DNA of 58,157 nucleotides, counting the filler, from Squatina squatina (taxonomy: Eukaryota): assembly GCA_031763465.1 (NCBI GenBank). It is 4 parts of 3 records of this genome, joined end to end, with 100 filler letters (N's around TTAATTAATTAA, not from the genome) between each part and the next. Parts side by side here need not be neighbours in the genome. Positions count along the whole stretch, not along the records: positions 32,553 to 45,093 come from JARFOE010000013.1; positions 45,194 to 58,157 come from JARFOE010000001.1; 2 more parts are not named here. One strand, 5' to 3'. Below the pieces are notes generated by a model that was given only the letters and a program-made list of their open reading frames with translations, had not been told where the DNA came from and did no database searches. A program made the position numbers and the translations under genes. Positions 37,216 through 49,079 of the stretch are shown here, one piece after another; within the stretch, counting starts at the first letter, position 1, and each line of letters begins with the position of its first letter.

Positions 37216-37514
37216 CTCATTCTGACCAGGAATAAACTGCCGGTTTCCTTGTATTGGAAGTGTACTGTGTGATTGGTCTTGTCCAGCTATATTCCTATCC
37301 ACTATTCTGAGGCCTCGTAAATTATCGGATTTTGCAGTATTAGAAAGAACAGCTGCAGTACTATCATTGTCATCTTCTTCTCCAGCTATATTTCTGTCCA
37401 CTATTTCATGTCCCCACCGATCATCATAGGTTATAGAATTAGGAGGAGTAGTTGACACACCATTTCCATCTTCTTCATTCCCACTACTACCATCCCCTCC
37501 ACCACCTCCATCAC
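37216..37514 (-). CDS. CEP192: Probable CEP192 N-terminal-region exon (GDGGGGGDGSSGNEED...FIPGQNE)
   Basis: Acceptor tattacag, donor GAG|gtaaga, open frame phase 1-0; phase-compatible with both neighbours. Confidence 0.7.
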
Positions 37515-38269
37515 CTGTAATATTAACGGACATTTTAACAGTTATGTTAACAGTGTAAATTCATATGCAAACACCAGTAGTTTATACAATAAGCTGCGCA
37601 GTGGCTCATATAACTCCAGTGCTGTTGTTGTCTAAGCTGCTTTGTATTCTAGATTTTTTTTTACTTTAAAACTGTTCAAGGTTATTTGCCAAGGGCCACC
37701 TTTATAGGCACAAAGGGCAGAAGAAGCAGCACATCAGCCTGAGCACCACTGAGGTAAGGGGAGAAAAATTAATTAGGTTTTCCTGCTACAAGTGTGGATA
37801 CTGGGTGAGGGCTGCATTGGGCTGTGATGATCTTACAGTCTGAATCGCCTGCTCATACTCAAGTCTTACACAATGCAACGCGAGCAGGACTGTGACTAAC
37901 TGTGGAACCATATCCCAAGCAACAGTCTCTTCAGAAGCAGAGGGTAGAAGACTGGTGGAGCAGAATAAAAGACTCTCTCAAGAAACTTGGCCTGGTGGTA
38001 TGTGGGAGACCCAAAATATGCCAACAATTAAAAAGCCTGGTGCAGTAGGTCATTACCAGTCTAATGTGGTCACTGTAACAGATGACAGCAAATTAATTTT
38101 GGCACCCCAAAGCTTGAGTTTCCAAGGGATGATATGGCCAGACTTCAGATACCCAGAAGGATTTTTTTTTTAATAAATGTTTCAAGCATGACAACCCCAC
38201 GCCTCCCATCTTATTTTGGGCTTACAAAAGAGATGTGTAGCCCCCCGTCTTTTTTTTCCNNNNNNNNNN

Positions 38270-38508
38270 ATCGCCGCCAAGGCCAGCATTTATTGGCCAT
38301 CCCTAATTGTCCTCGAGGTGGTGGTGAGCTGACTGAGTGGGGCAGTTACGAGTTAACCACATTGCTGTGGGTCTGGAGTCACAAGTGTACATGTCCTAAA
38401 AGGACATTACTGAACCAGATGGGTTTTTAATGACAATCCAGTAGTTTCATGGTCATCATTACCAACACTAGTTTTTTATTTCAGGTTTATTTAATTGAAC
38501 TTAAAATT
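38270..38508 (-). mobile_element. SINE body and tail; tail shared with the LINE at 7000-7547
   Basis: aaggccagcatttattggccatccctaattg plus core gttaaccacattgctgtgggtctggagtcac...gtttcatggtca. Confidence 0.7.
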
Positions 38509-38928
38509 CGCTCATGAGGTAATTATGTTATACCTGCTTCTGGAAGTCTGACTACAAGTTCTAATCATTCTGGTTGCCACCAGGAGCAGTTCACATGAAA
38601 ATTACCTAAGCGAGAGAATTCTAAACTCGGAGGGGCCGGGGGGTGAGGATGGGCTGCCTCACAGCATTGATGAGAGGACACTTATTTGGGATGAGCTATT
38701 GGAGAAGTTGGAGCGGGTGGACACTTGCTCTTTGCTCTCATCAGAGGGAAGATCGAAAATAAAACAGAGTGGGCGGGGCAAGAGGGCGATGCGACTAATA
38801 AACATTTGCTTTCTAATTTGACCTAGGAACAGAAAATTAATTTGTGCAGCTGGAGCCCAAGGTTTCCAAACATAGCTTAGTTCAAGCAAACAAACTAATT
38901 CGCGAATGATCCCACTGATGACATTGAG

Positions 38929-39145
38929 CCATCTGGTTCACGAATGTCCTTTTAGGACATGTACACATGTGAATCCAGACCCACAGCAATGTGGTTAACT
39001 CCTCCAATAGCTCATCCCAAGTAAGTTTCCTCTCATCAATTTAAGTTCAATTAAATAAACCTGAAATAAAAAAGTGTCGGTAATGATGACCATGAAACTA
39101 CTGGATTGTCGTAAAAACCCATCTGGTTCACTAATGTCCTTTTAG
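38929..39145. repeat. Three-part inverted duplication of nearby sequence
   Basis: 38929-39001 = reverse complement of 38350-38422; 39002-39040 = reverse complement of 38666-38704; 39041-39145 = approximate reverse complement of 38396-38503. Confidence 0.85.
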
Positions 39146-39452
39146 AAAGATATCTCAAAAAAATGTTCAGTTCATCTGAAAATGTAAAATCTCTTTGACG
39201 AGCCAGCTAGTCGCAAGGTTAAGGTGTGTACTGCAAAAAAAAACATAAAATTCTTCAAATGAAAGCTGAAACGCTCAAAAAAACAGTGAAGCAGAAATTA
39301 ATTGCAAAAAAAATGAATAAAATGTTTGTAGAAACAAGTGTTAAAACAAGGATGACAACAGAAAGAAGGGATAAAGAAAGCAAAACATGCTCACGATAAG
39401 GCTCAAGCAGCTATGGCTGGGCACTATCAGCAATAATAAATAATGCACTTAC

Positions 39453-39477
39453 CTACAACTGGTGAGTTTATAACTTG
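39453..39477 (-). CDS. CEP192: 3' end of a probable CEP192 exon (…QVINSPVV-G); remainder lies in the gap
   Basis: Consensus donor AG|gtaagt; the phase-1 end fits the phase-1 start of exon 37216-37514. Confidence 0.5.
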
Positions 39478-40253
39478 NNNNNNNNNNNNNNNNNNNNNNN
39501 NNNNNNNNNNNNNNNNNNNNNNNNNNNNNNNNNNNNNNNNNNNNNNNNNNNNNNNNNNCTGTATGCTTTGCTAGTTACTGGGTGAGCTTGATAAACCATT
39601 GGCGGCATTCTTTTATCGAATGGAAATTTAACACTAAAACCAATTGGCATGTGACTCACCACATTGAATTTAATTTTTAGATTGCAGGCAGACTCAAGGC
39701 AAAGATCGCCTTCCTATCGTGACTTTTTATTTGAAGGTAGTCTCTACTCAAATGTCAGAAGGGGCTTTATTAATTGTACTGACCCTACACGAAAAGAAAT
39801 TAAAATATAGAAATAAGTTTTTCAAATATAGATCTGGTTGCCTAGTCTTTATTTCCCTTATATTCTCATTATTGCACTCTTTTTCATATCTAATTGATTC
39901 TGATTTCAGGCTAACATTTTGGAATTGGTAACTTACTAAAATGGGATTTGATTAGCTGGCCCCAAAAATTAACTTTCAGCCAGCCAATCAAACACCCTAA
40001 ACTGACAGGGTCACTCCCAGTCTTGTCTGTGTAAAAATCACAGAATTCTACAGCTGCTAACAAATATACTCACTGCTGACCCATGGGAGCCAATGCAATA
40101 ATAATTAATCACTACCAGTTCAATTTTTTGCAACTTCCAACATAAAGTAGCTCCAGAGATGTGTGCAAAATATCTTCAAATAGTTCTATTTTTCCCACAC
40201 TATAGCAAATCTAGAAAACACATTTTATTTGAAGTATAACAGAACATACATAC

Positions 40254-40403
40254 CAACTGCCTTGTTGCACTAAACAGCAACTGTCCTTGCAAAGCATTCT
40301 GTTGCTGGACAGCCTCCAATTCATCTTCTGTATCCTCACCACTTGATGGTGCAGAATCCATTCCAGTGGCTGCTTGTCGAACAGGAGGCATCTGAAAGTT
40401 ATC
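40254..40403 (-). CDS. CEP192: Probable CEP192 N-terminal exon (DNFQMPPVRQAATGMDSAPSSGEDTEDELEAVQQQ...ATRQL)
   Basis: Acceptor tgttgtag, donor gtatgt, 150 nt, phase 0-0. I recall the AATGMDS-P-S-EDTEDELE motif from non-mammalian CEP192; the exon is collinear with the other exons. Confidence 0.7.
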
Positions 40404-40759
40404 CTACAACATTGCAAACAACCCTTCAAAATTGCCAAATAATTTTTTTTTCCCAATTCTTTTTATTCATTTTCATATACACACACAAGAGAATTAAAAG
40501 ACTTTACGAAGACAGACAGGTTACTGGAATAAGCAGATAAATGGAAGACACAATGTAATGTGACGCAATGTAACGTGGCTAAACATAGAAAATAGGTGCA
40601 GGAGTAGGCCATTCGGCCCTTCGAGCCTGCACCGCCATTCAATANNNNNNNNNNNNNNNNNNNNNNNNNNNNNNNNNNNNNNNNNNNNNNNNNNNNNNNN
40701 NNNNNNNNNNNNNNNNNNNNNNNNNNNNNNNNNNNNNNNNNNNNGCTGATAAGTTGTCA

Positions 40760-41160
40760 CGCTGGCAAAACCCTCTTTACACAGGTCCAAACATCAGGGT
40801 TTGTCACATAATCAACTTGTTAGCAAAACTGATGCCCACAGGATTAAAGGGGCAGTGGCAGAGTGGATCTGAAATATGCCAAGAGACAGACAGCAGAGTA
40901 GCGGTGAATGGTTGTTTTTCCAGATACAGGAAAGTAGAGTGTTGTTCCCGTGTTTGATATTGGGGCCACTGCTCTATTTAATATATATTATGACCTGGTC
41001 TTGGGTACAGGGTACCTAATTTAAAAGTTTGCAGATAACACAAAACTTCGAAATGTAGTAAGCAAGGAGGAGGATAGAAGCAGACTTCAGGAGGACAGAG
41101 ATAGACTGGTGAAATGGGCAAGACTTATGGCAGATGAAATTTAATGCAGAGAAGTGTGAA
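40760..41160 (+). mobile_element. Decayed CR1 RT fragment
   Basis: RVAVNGCFS...LGPLL...KFADNTKL...RLQEDRDRLVKWA, with frameshifts. Confidence 0.8.
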
Positions 41161-44100
41161 GAATATAAGTCACAGGCTTATATTCAGAACAATTTGAGTT
41201 GTCAGCTTTTTTGAGGCAGTTGGCTTTTCTTAGCTTTATGGTTAGCAGTTGTATTCAGAATGCATACATCAAGATATGTATTCTTGTCATATTTGTCTGC
41301 ATAAGCACATATCAACAAGCTGCAATTAAAGTTTGCAAAACATGGGAATGACCAGATACTTACAGTTCATCTTTAAAACTCAGGGCAAATTTTTTACAGG
41401 TTTCAGAATTCGAAACATTAGGCGGATGTGTGTCCACCATGGAAAACCTTCCTTCTTCCAAGTATGAAGTTTGATTATCTGGAATTCTACAAGAAAAATG
41501 TGAATTCGCATTATATAAAATGTACAACTGAGAAACAGGCCATTCGGCCCAACTGGTCTATGCCGGAGTTTATGCTCCACATGAACCTCCTCCCATCTCT
41601 GTTCGTCAAACCCCATCAATCAGTGACATGTAAAATTACAGAAAAATGAACTGTAACTACTTTTGGTTAGGAGTAAAAATGCTGTTATTTCATCATCTCA
41701 CAAAAAGAGGGTAAAGCTAATGTTTTATGGCATTTCACAACCTTCAGATTAAATTATACTTGCAGCATTTAATGTTAATTGTTCACAAAAGGGGTTGCTT
41801 TACTGTAAGTAGTATCATGCAGCGTTGACTCAAAGACAACCTGCCAATACAGAATATTTAGTACTGGTTAGTTTAAATCAGAATGTCACTCTCTGAACTA
41901 CTCAAGACAAATTGTCAAAAGAACACTTTTCAATCTAAGCAAATACAAATCTCAGACATCTGCTTGAAAGAGTTAAAGGACAACCAGCTGGAACAACATT
42001 CACTGATATCATGAAAAATAACTCGTATGGTCAGGTTNNNNNNNNNNNNNNNNNNNNNNNNNNNNNNNNNNNNNNNNNNNNNNNNNNNNNNNNNNNNNNN
42101 NNNNNNNNNNNNNNNNNNNNNNNNNNNNNNNNNNNNNTAAGAAAATGAAAGGTACACATGCCTAAAACAAAATAAACAAACTAAAACACTGGGTCTTGGT
42201 TCAGGAAACTGACCACAGTAAGGCAATCCCATGCAATAGTTCAATGCCCTTTAACTATCTTTCACCTGTATTTTCAAACAGTTTCCTGCATCATGTGAAC
42301 ACAATATTTATGAATCAATACAAGTATGAGGAGAGAGTTCGGAGACTGCAAAAAAAAAAATTAATCAGAAATACAACACTGAAAAAACAAGCGCACACAA
42401 TACTGTGTCAATGTGATCCTTAATTTATTTAATCCATTCTAAATTAGAACACAGAATACTGGTCCCACACTGGAAAAAGGGCACATATCTGCTTGGTTTC
42501 GATATCCTCATCAGTACTTTCCATGGTTAACATTGGAGTGCTCACTGCATGCATGGTGTCATTATGTGTGCAGCTGCTGTTTATGCATCTCAAAATCAAC
42601 TTAGTTAAACTCTGTTCACCTTTTGGCCTGTAATACTTTTGAAGTGTTTTCCTTAAATTTTTTTTTAGAAAGGAAGTCGTTTTTATTGTCATCTTAAATG
42701 TTATATACATGGCTACAGAAGATGCAAAAAAGATTTACTCCAAGCCTGCTTCTGTAATGTAAAGCAACAGGTTGCCTCTCCTCTGAGTGTCCTGTACATT
42801 GATGCAAACTGTTTAAGAACAAGGTCAAACTTATTCGGGGAAAAAAACACTAGCAAACAGGGAAAAAAAAAATGTAATTTTATAAAGCCTTCCATCCAAG
42901 GTTATTAGTAAGCAGGTTGCTGGTTGGTCTTGGGAGATATCAGATGACGCTGGGGAGGGGAAAAGGGAGTTCACTTTTCATTTCTGTGTGCATGCAACAA
43001 GCAGCAAAACAGCAAAGTTATTCCAGTTAGCTTGAGATCAGCTGTGTTTTCTTTCTGTTGAAAAGGGCATAATGTATGTAGAAGGCAAGATGTATCAAGG
43101 TTTCCTAAAAGGAAAAAAAATGAACATATACCTCTGNNNNNNNNNNTAACCACATTTCAAATTTGCAAATGTTTGTAATCCTTTCTATTCGATTATATAT
43201 TTTTGGGTTGGGGGAAAAAAAAGAGAACATTTCAAATGCAACTTTCACTTTCTTAAGCTTTCACTTCGACAGTTAAACAGAGAAATCCAAATGCTCTGCT
43301 GATAGCTCCAAAGGTCTGTTTCTTTGAAGAGTCAATATAAATCTTGTATACTGAAGGGATGTGCAAGCAATGTCCACAATCACTGTTCGGCACCACAGGA
43401 TATACAAACTCAAATTTTAAAATGGAGTATTTCTGGAAGTGGCGGGGTTGCGGGGGTGGGGAGCGGAAAGAGGTAGCTCGAGATGGCACAGTTTTGGAAC
43501 CAATGCTCTGTGCCACCAAGTTAAATATTGTTTGCCCCTGCAAAGCCCCTAAGCTTAACCAAATCATCAGGGAACACTGCTTCCCCAGAAAGGGAGGGGG
43601 GAGGAAAAAAAAAGGCAATCACACCCACCTAAGATGTAAAATATGCTGATTTCCCACCCACAATCCATTGAAAATCAAAATAAATACAACAATTTAAAAA
43701 CAAAAAAGCTTGTTCAATAAGATCTGTATCTTTGGAAGGATGGGTATATTAAACACATTCAAATTATTCTTCTCTGCAATAGAAAAATCAGTGACAACCA
43801 TAATTCATTTTTATTTTCTTTCTGGAGTCTAGAAACATGACAGAATCCCAAGTTCTGGATACATATTCACAAAAGATACACAATGCATTGACTTCTGCTC
43901 TCCAAGTTGGCAGCAGCATACCAAAAAAATTGCAATTCTGACATGTTTAGCAGTTGCCATATACATTGCAAGAAAAATATCCCACCTACTTTGTGCTGGA
44001 ACAAGTACTAGAATTTGCAGTATTGTTTTGGTGCGATATACAGAATTATGCAATCGACTTTAATTCTAGTCCTATAAAATTTAAAAAAAAGTGTTTCTCC

Positions 44101-45093
44101 AAGTACACCTCCAGTCGCTATTACATTCCTGGCTGACTTGCCCCTGCCGTTCACGTCTCCAGCTGCGCTACCACCTTGTACAGTTACTTATGAAAACACA
44201 CTTCCCAATAAAGTACTACTTCAGATTATGAAAGTGACACCAACATGTCTGGTGTTTTCACAGCGGCATTTTAGAAGTTATTTGGTTTCCGGAGTTACAA
44301 AGTCAACAAAAGAGCCCTTACTGACAATGAAGCAAATATATATATATTTTTTTGATTTTGCACTTTTAAATATTTCATACAAATTATCCGATATACCGGG
44401 TCAGATAAGTTAACGGTCTCGATTTTTAAAAGATCAGAAAGGTTGATTTCCATAGTAGAATTTCCTTTTGGTCAAGTACAGCACCCATGCCACTGGAAGT
44501 CAATGTTATTCTTATTATTTTGCTTTATTAAAAAAAATGAAAACCATTTTCTCCCGTTGGCAGATAAATGTAAGGCTTTCAAAACACTGCACTTANNNNN
44601 NNNNNTATTAAGGTAACATTTAATTAAAAAAAAATCCAGTGATAATAATTTGCTTCAAACATTTATTTACAATATTTTAAACACCAAGGATTTGTATGGT
44701 TGAGAAGGTAATCTTTCAAAAAAAAAAATCTGCTTTAATACCTATAATCATCATCTGCTTAAGGTACATAATAAGTCAGATGTTTGTTTGTACGAAAGTC
44801 CTGCCAAATGAGGCAAAGATAAAAACATCACTATTAACCTGGCCTTTCACACAGGAAAATGCAGGTATAACACAAGAGAGAACGATGTGATCAAAAATAA
44901 CCTCAGGGAGAGACAAACACATGTGGGGCAAGAAAATCATGGATGTAAGCTAGTTATTTTTATGTAAAAGACCAGATCAGCCCAATACATATATACATTT
45001 ATTAGTGAATAATTGGACAAGGCCTGCCCATTCAAGTGTCTCATTCCTTGACTTGCAAACCAAAAAGTGGCGAAGTGAGCCAGCGTCCTTCTG

Positions 45094-45193
45094 NNNNNNN
45101 NNNNNNNNNNNNNNNNNNNNNNNNNNNNNNNNNNNNNTTAATTAATTAANNNNNNNNNNNNNNNNNNNNNNNNNNNNNNNNNNNNNNNNNNNN
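45094..45193. other. Artificial linker N44-TTAATTAATTAA-N44
   Basis: Same as 18484-18583. Confidence 0.95.
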
Positions 45194-45353
45194 GACAGGT
45201 TAAATGCCTTTTAGATTACATGAATGCCACTTTTATATTGCATGCCTGTTTTTTCTGTTTACTAAACTTCATTGATCAGCCAGGTACTTCTATTGGACAT
45301 ATTTCTGATCCCTATTTGTTTTTGTATGCACATGGGTGGTCAGATCAGCATAT

Positions 45354-45830
45354 AGAAAGAACTTAGATTTATATAGTGCCTTGCATGTCCTTAAAATGTC
45401 CTGAATTGCTCAGAGCCAATAAATTACTTTTGAAGTGTAGTTACTGCTGTTTTGTAGGTTAACCAAACGTATTGAGGGATATGGGTCAAAGGAGGGGATA
45501 TGGAATTAGATCGCAGATCAGCCAAGATCTCATTGAATGGCAGAACAGGCTCGAGAGGCTAAATGGCCTACTCCTGTTCCTATGAAACACTGGACATTTT
45601 TGGACACTGGAATGAATGATCAGTTAATCGGTTTTAGTTGTGTTGGTTGAGGGATAAATGTTGGGTAGGACACTGGGAGAACTTCTCTGCTCCTCTTCAA
45701 ATAATGTCATGGATTCTGAGGATACTGCATCAAAATGTTAACCTAGATGATGTGCTCAAGTCACTGGAGTAAGGATTGAATTCATGACATTTTGACTTGG
45801 GTGAGAATGTTACCATTGAGCCAAGGCTGA
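45354..45830 (-). mobile_element. DeuSINE interrupted by a CR1 3' end (+, ~45459-45584)
   Basis: The SINE sequence ...tgtagg|aaac... is split by ttaaccaaacgtattgagggatatgg...ggcctactcctgttcctatg. Confidence 0.75.
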
Positions 45831-46460
45831 TATCTTATGTATTGGGTTGTGACCTTTTGTTATTTTATACCATACAGATAAAGGATTGGGGCTTCAAATT
45901 TCTTCATAGCATAGGGCTCTCAATGGGTTAACCCAACCCTGGGTGCAACCAATGCACTGAATTTTACAGTATGGCTTACAGTAACAGGCTAATCAATCTG
46001 TTGTTAATTATTCTGGATTTCCATGAAATAGATTAGAAAGGCAGTAAGAGAAGTAACTGTAGTAACGTCTGCAACTGAAATGTCATGGAGAATACATTTG
46101 TACTACATTTTTAAAAAAAAATCATATGCTTTCTCTCGGAATTAACCAATATTTGTTGCAAACCAATCCATTTTTTTTCCTGAAAGTGTTAAGTATTGTC
46201 AATCACAACCTGATTATTTTTTAAATTCTTCTGACAGTTGTGTGTCGTATCTCTGGCCCTGTTCAGAACCCTTATCAATCTGAACTGTGAGGATGTTATG
46301 TTGCAGCTTGTCTTGAGGTAAGAAAATGTTGAATACAGTAGAGATACATTTGTTTAAGAANNNNNNNNNNNNNNNNNNNNNNNNNNNNNNNNNNNNNNNN
46401 NNNNNNNNNNNNNNNNNNNNNNNNNNNNNNNNNNNNNNNNNNNNNNNNNNNNNNNNNNNN

Positions 46461-47086
46461 CGGTTGTAAAACCATTGCCTGCGGAATTGGTGTCGGCGCC
46501 CCTGTGGCACAAAGGCTTGGGCACCAGGGGTGCAAAATTTAGCGTTAGTTGGTGCGAGACGTCATCACATTGCGCGCCGACCCCATAGCGTCGCTAGCGA
46601 CCCCTTTTAGCACCGTTAGTGATCCGCGGCCAGAATTGGTCCACGGGTTACTAGTGAGGCAGGCGTCATTGGCAATGACAGACTCAACCTGGCATTACCA
46701 ACGGCACTTGAGAGGGTAGAGGCGGCCGTTCCCCCAACCGGGCCGTCATTATGTTTGCCGGCACGCTTACTGGCGTGCTGGCTCAGTGGCCTGGTCACCG
46801 GCTTCCCTGGTGGCCTAGTGCCGGTAGCCCTTCCCTTTAACTCGGGGTGGGACCATGGCTGACGTCAGTGCGCTGGCCTCAGCAACGTGGCGCTGGTGAT
46901 AATGTTGCCAACGTTGCGTCCCAGGTGCCGGCTTGGTACTGGTTTCGTTCGACAATGTCGTGCTAATCCAAAAAACTACGAAGACCTGAATTCCGGGTCG
47001 GAGGCCGTTGCTCCAGGGCTGGTGCTAAAAAAAAAACCGTGCACCGGAGCAATTAAAGAGCCAGTGCCAACCAATTGGGCTCCCCA
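46461..47086. mobile_element. GC/CpG-rich non-autonomous DNA element (Harbinger-like), right end ccaattgggctcccc
   Basis: Abrupt CpG-rich composition and a GGGG-type terminus; similar elements at ~52749-53023 and 57974-58157. Confidence 0.45.
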
Positions 47087-47404
47087 TGTGTCTTAAGAAG
47101 AGTCCTGGCAGGTTCTGAGAAGCTGGTTACTTGACCTACCCTTGGCTGTAGACCTATGTCTAATGCTGGAAACTGTCTAGACTCGCACATGGTTGAGGAT
47201 GCCTGGTGTCTGTGGAACTGTACTGCCCACAATGAGTGAGCACTTTCAGGAAGGTATGGTGAAAATTTGGTGGTGGGGTGGGGGTGTGGTGCTGGAAGGA
47301 TCCAAATAAGTTTTTTTTTTTAAATGCAAACTTTACNNNNNNNNNNTGCTCCTTTATCACCAGATGTTCTTCATAATATTGACTGCAATACCATTTTATC
47401 TTAG

Positions 47405-48475
47405 GCACTGAGGGAATGGTGGCTTGTGCACAAATTCCAAGGGACTGGGATAGATTCCGAAAACCACTAGATATCAGTTACCTGCAGTACCTGTGGGAGG
47501 CTCGGATGAACATCATTACCTGTATGAAAAACTGCAGAGCTTGGTCTGCACCGTACGATGGTGAAAATCCAGATGCTGAAACTGTTTCCTTGGTGTTGCC
47601 AGAGAACACCAGGAAACCCAGCAGCAACACATCAGCCAAAGCCCAAAACAATTCTGTCATCGGGAGGACCAGGTTGAAGACCAGTTCCACCAGAGAAAAG
47701 ATGCAACTGGACTTGGAATGGGATGACAGCTACGACACTGGAATGTCTCCGGGGTCGGATGAAGACTCCTTGCAGCCTTCTTTACCTTTTGCAATTAAGC
47801 AAGGAACTGGGAACGATACACAGCCAGCAGATCCTCCCAAGCACATTCAGGAGATGAAGAAAAGTGCATTAATGCTCATTAGGGGCTCCTATATTGAGGA
47901 ATCAGATTTCCACGATGATGTCATGGTTTATAGACTATGTGCAGAAAAAGATGCTCAGGAGAATGTTGAAAGTAATCCTAAAAAGGTTAAAACATCAGTT
48001 TCCGTGAAAAGCACCGATCAGAAGGCACCAATGAGCAATGGGCTTGCCAATAGGACGTTGCAGAGCACGTCGATGAACACTGCTTCAGAGAAGCAAACTG
48101 CTGAGAGTGCCAGCTCTGAGCAGGGCACAGAAATGCAGCACTCAGGACCTGCACAAAGAGAAAAGAAACAGGAAGACAGCTTGTATGTATTAAGCACCGA
48201 GTCCAAGTGCTCCAACCAGCATACCTTGAGTGTGGAGACTGATGATTTCCTTTCACAGTATCATGATCTTCTTGCAAAGCTAAACTCTAATCCTGGTGAA
48301 TTAGTGCTACTGAAACAGAACTCATCTGAACCCAGCACTCCCACAGAAGAGGATGATGATTTTGAGCAGTTCTCTGAGCCTCCACTTTCCGACAGTATAA
48401 CTTTTCCATTTGGTCCGAAAGTTCACCTGATGTATTCCAATAATCCTGCTCGAATACATGGAGCTCCATTCACAG
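47405..48475 (+). CDS. FHIP1A: FHIP1A (FAM160A1) large internal exon
   Basis: Acceptor ttttatcttag, donor CAG|gtatgt, 1071 nt, phase 1-1. LDISYLQYLWEA, LEWDDSYDTG, DPPKHIQEMKK, GSYIEESDFHDDVMVYRLCAEKD and PFTG match recalled human FHIP1A. Confidence 0.93.
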
Positions 48476-48605
48476 GTATGTTCACATATCAAAAAAGGGG
48501 AAACTGAACATGGTGTAATTTGTCTACATCTGAACTTCATGGATGTAGGTGCCAACCCTCATTAAGGAGAGGTTATCCAATGGCTCAACGAGTTTGATTA
48601 GGTGT

Positions 48606-49079
48606 CAGTCTTGGCTCCTCAGTCGTAGCACGATCATCTCTGAGTCAGAAGGTTGTGGGTTCAACTCCCACGCCATAGACTTGAGCATAAAATCTAGGCT
48701 GGCACTTCAGAACAGCACTGGGGGAATGCTGTACTGTATGAGGTGCTGACTTTCGGATGAGACGTTAAACTGAGGGCTTGTCTGTCCCCTGAGATGGAGG
48801 TAAAATATCCCATGGCACTATTCAAAGATGAGCAGGGGAGTTCTATGTTTCTCTCCAGTGTACTGGCCGATATTTATCCCTTAACCAACATCAACAAACA
48901 GATTATCTGGTCATTATCTCATTGCTGTTTTTGGGACCTTGCTGTGCACACTGTTACATTTCCTACATTACACCAGTGACTGCACTTTTTAAAAAAAAAA
49001 AAGTACTTAATTGGCTTTAAACTGCTTTGGGATGTTCTGAGGTCATGAAAGGCGCTATATAAATGCAAGGTTTTCTTTC
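48606..49079 (+). mobile_element. Near full-length DeuSINE (SacSINE1/AmnSINE1-like)
   Basis: tRNA-like head with B-box ggttcaactccc, Deu domain tttcggatgagacgttaaactgagg...atcccatggcactatt, and tail aaaggcgctatataaatgcaag. Confidence 0.85.

Noticed and set aside
46461-47086. CpG-island promoter
   Set aside because: It lies just before an internal FHIP1A exon and resembles other GC-rich transposon-derived segments in the window.
48606-48680. tRNA gene
   Set aside because: A/B-box-like head continues directly into the DeuSINE body; no intact cloverleaf.
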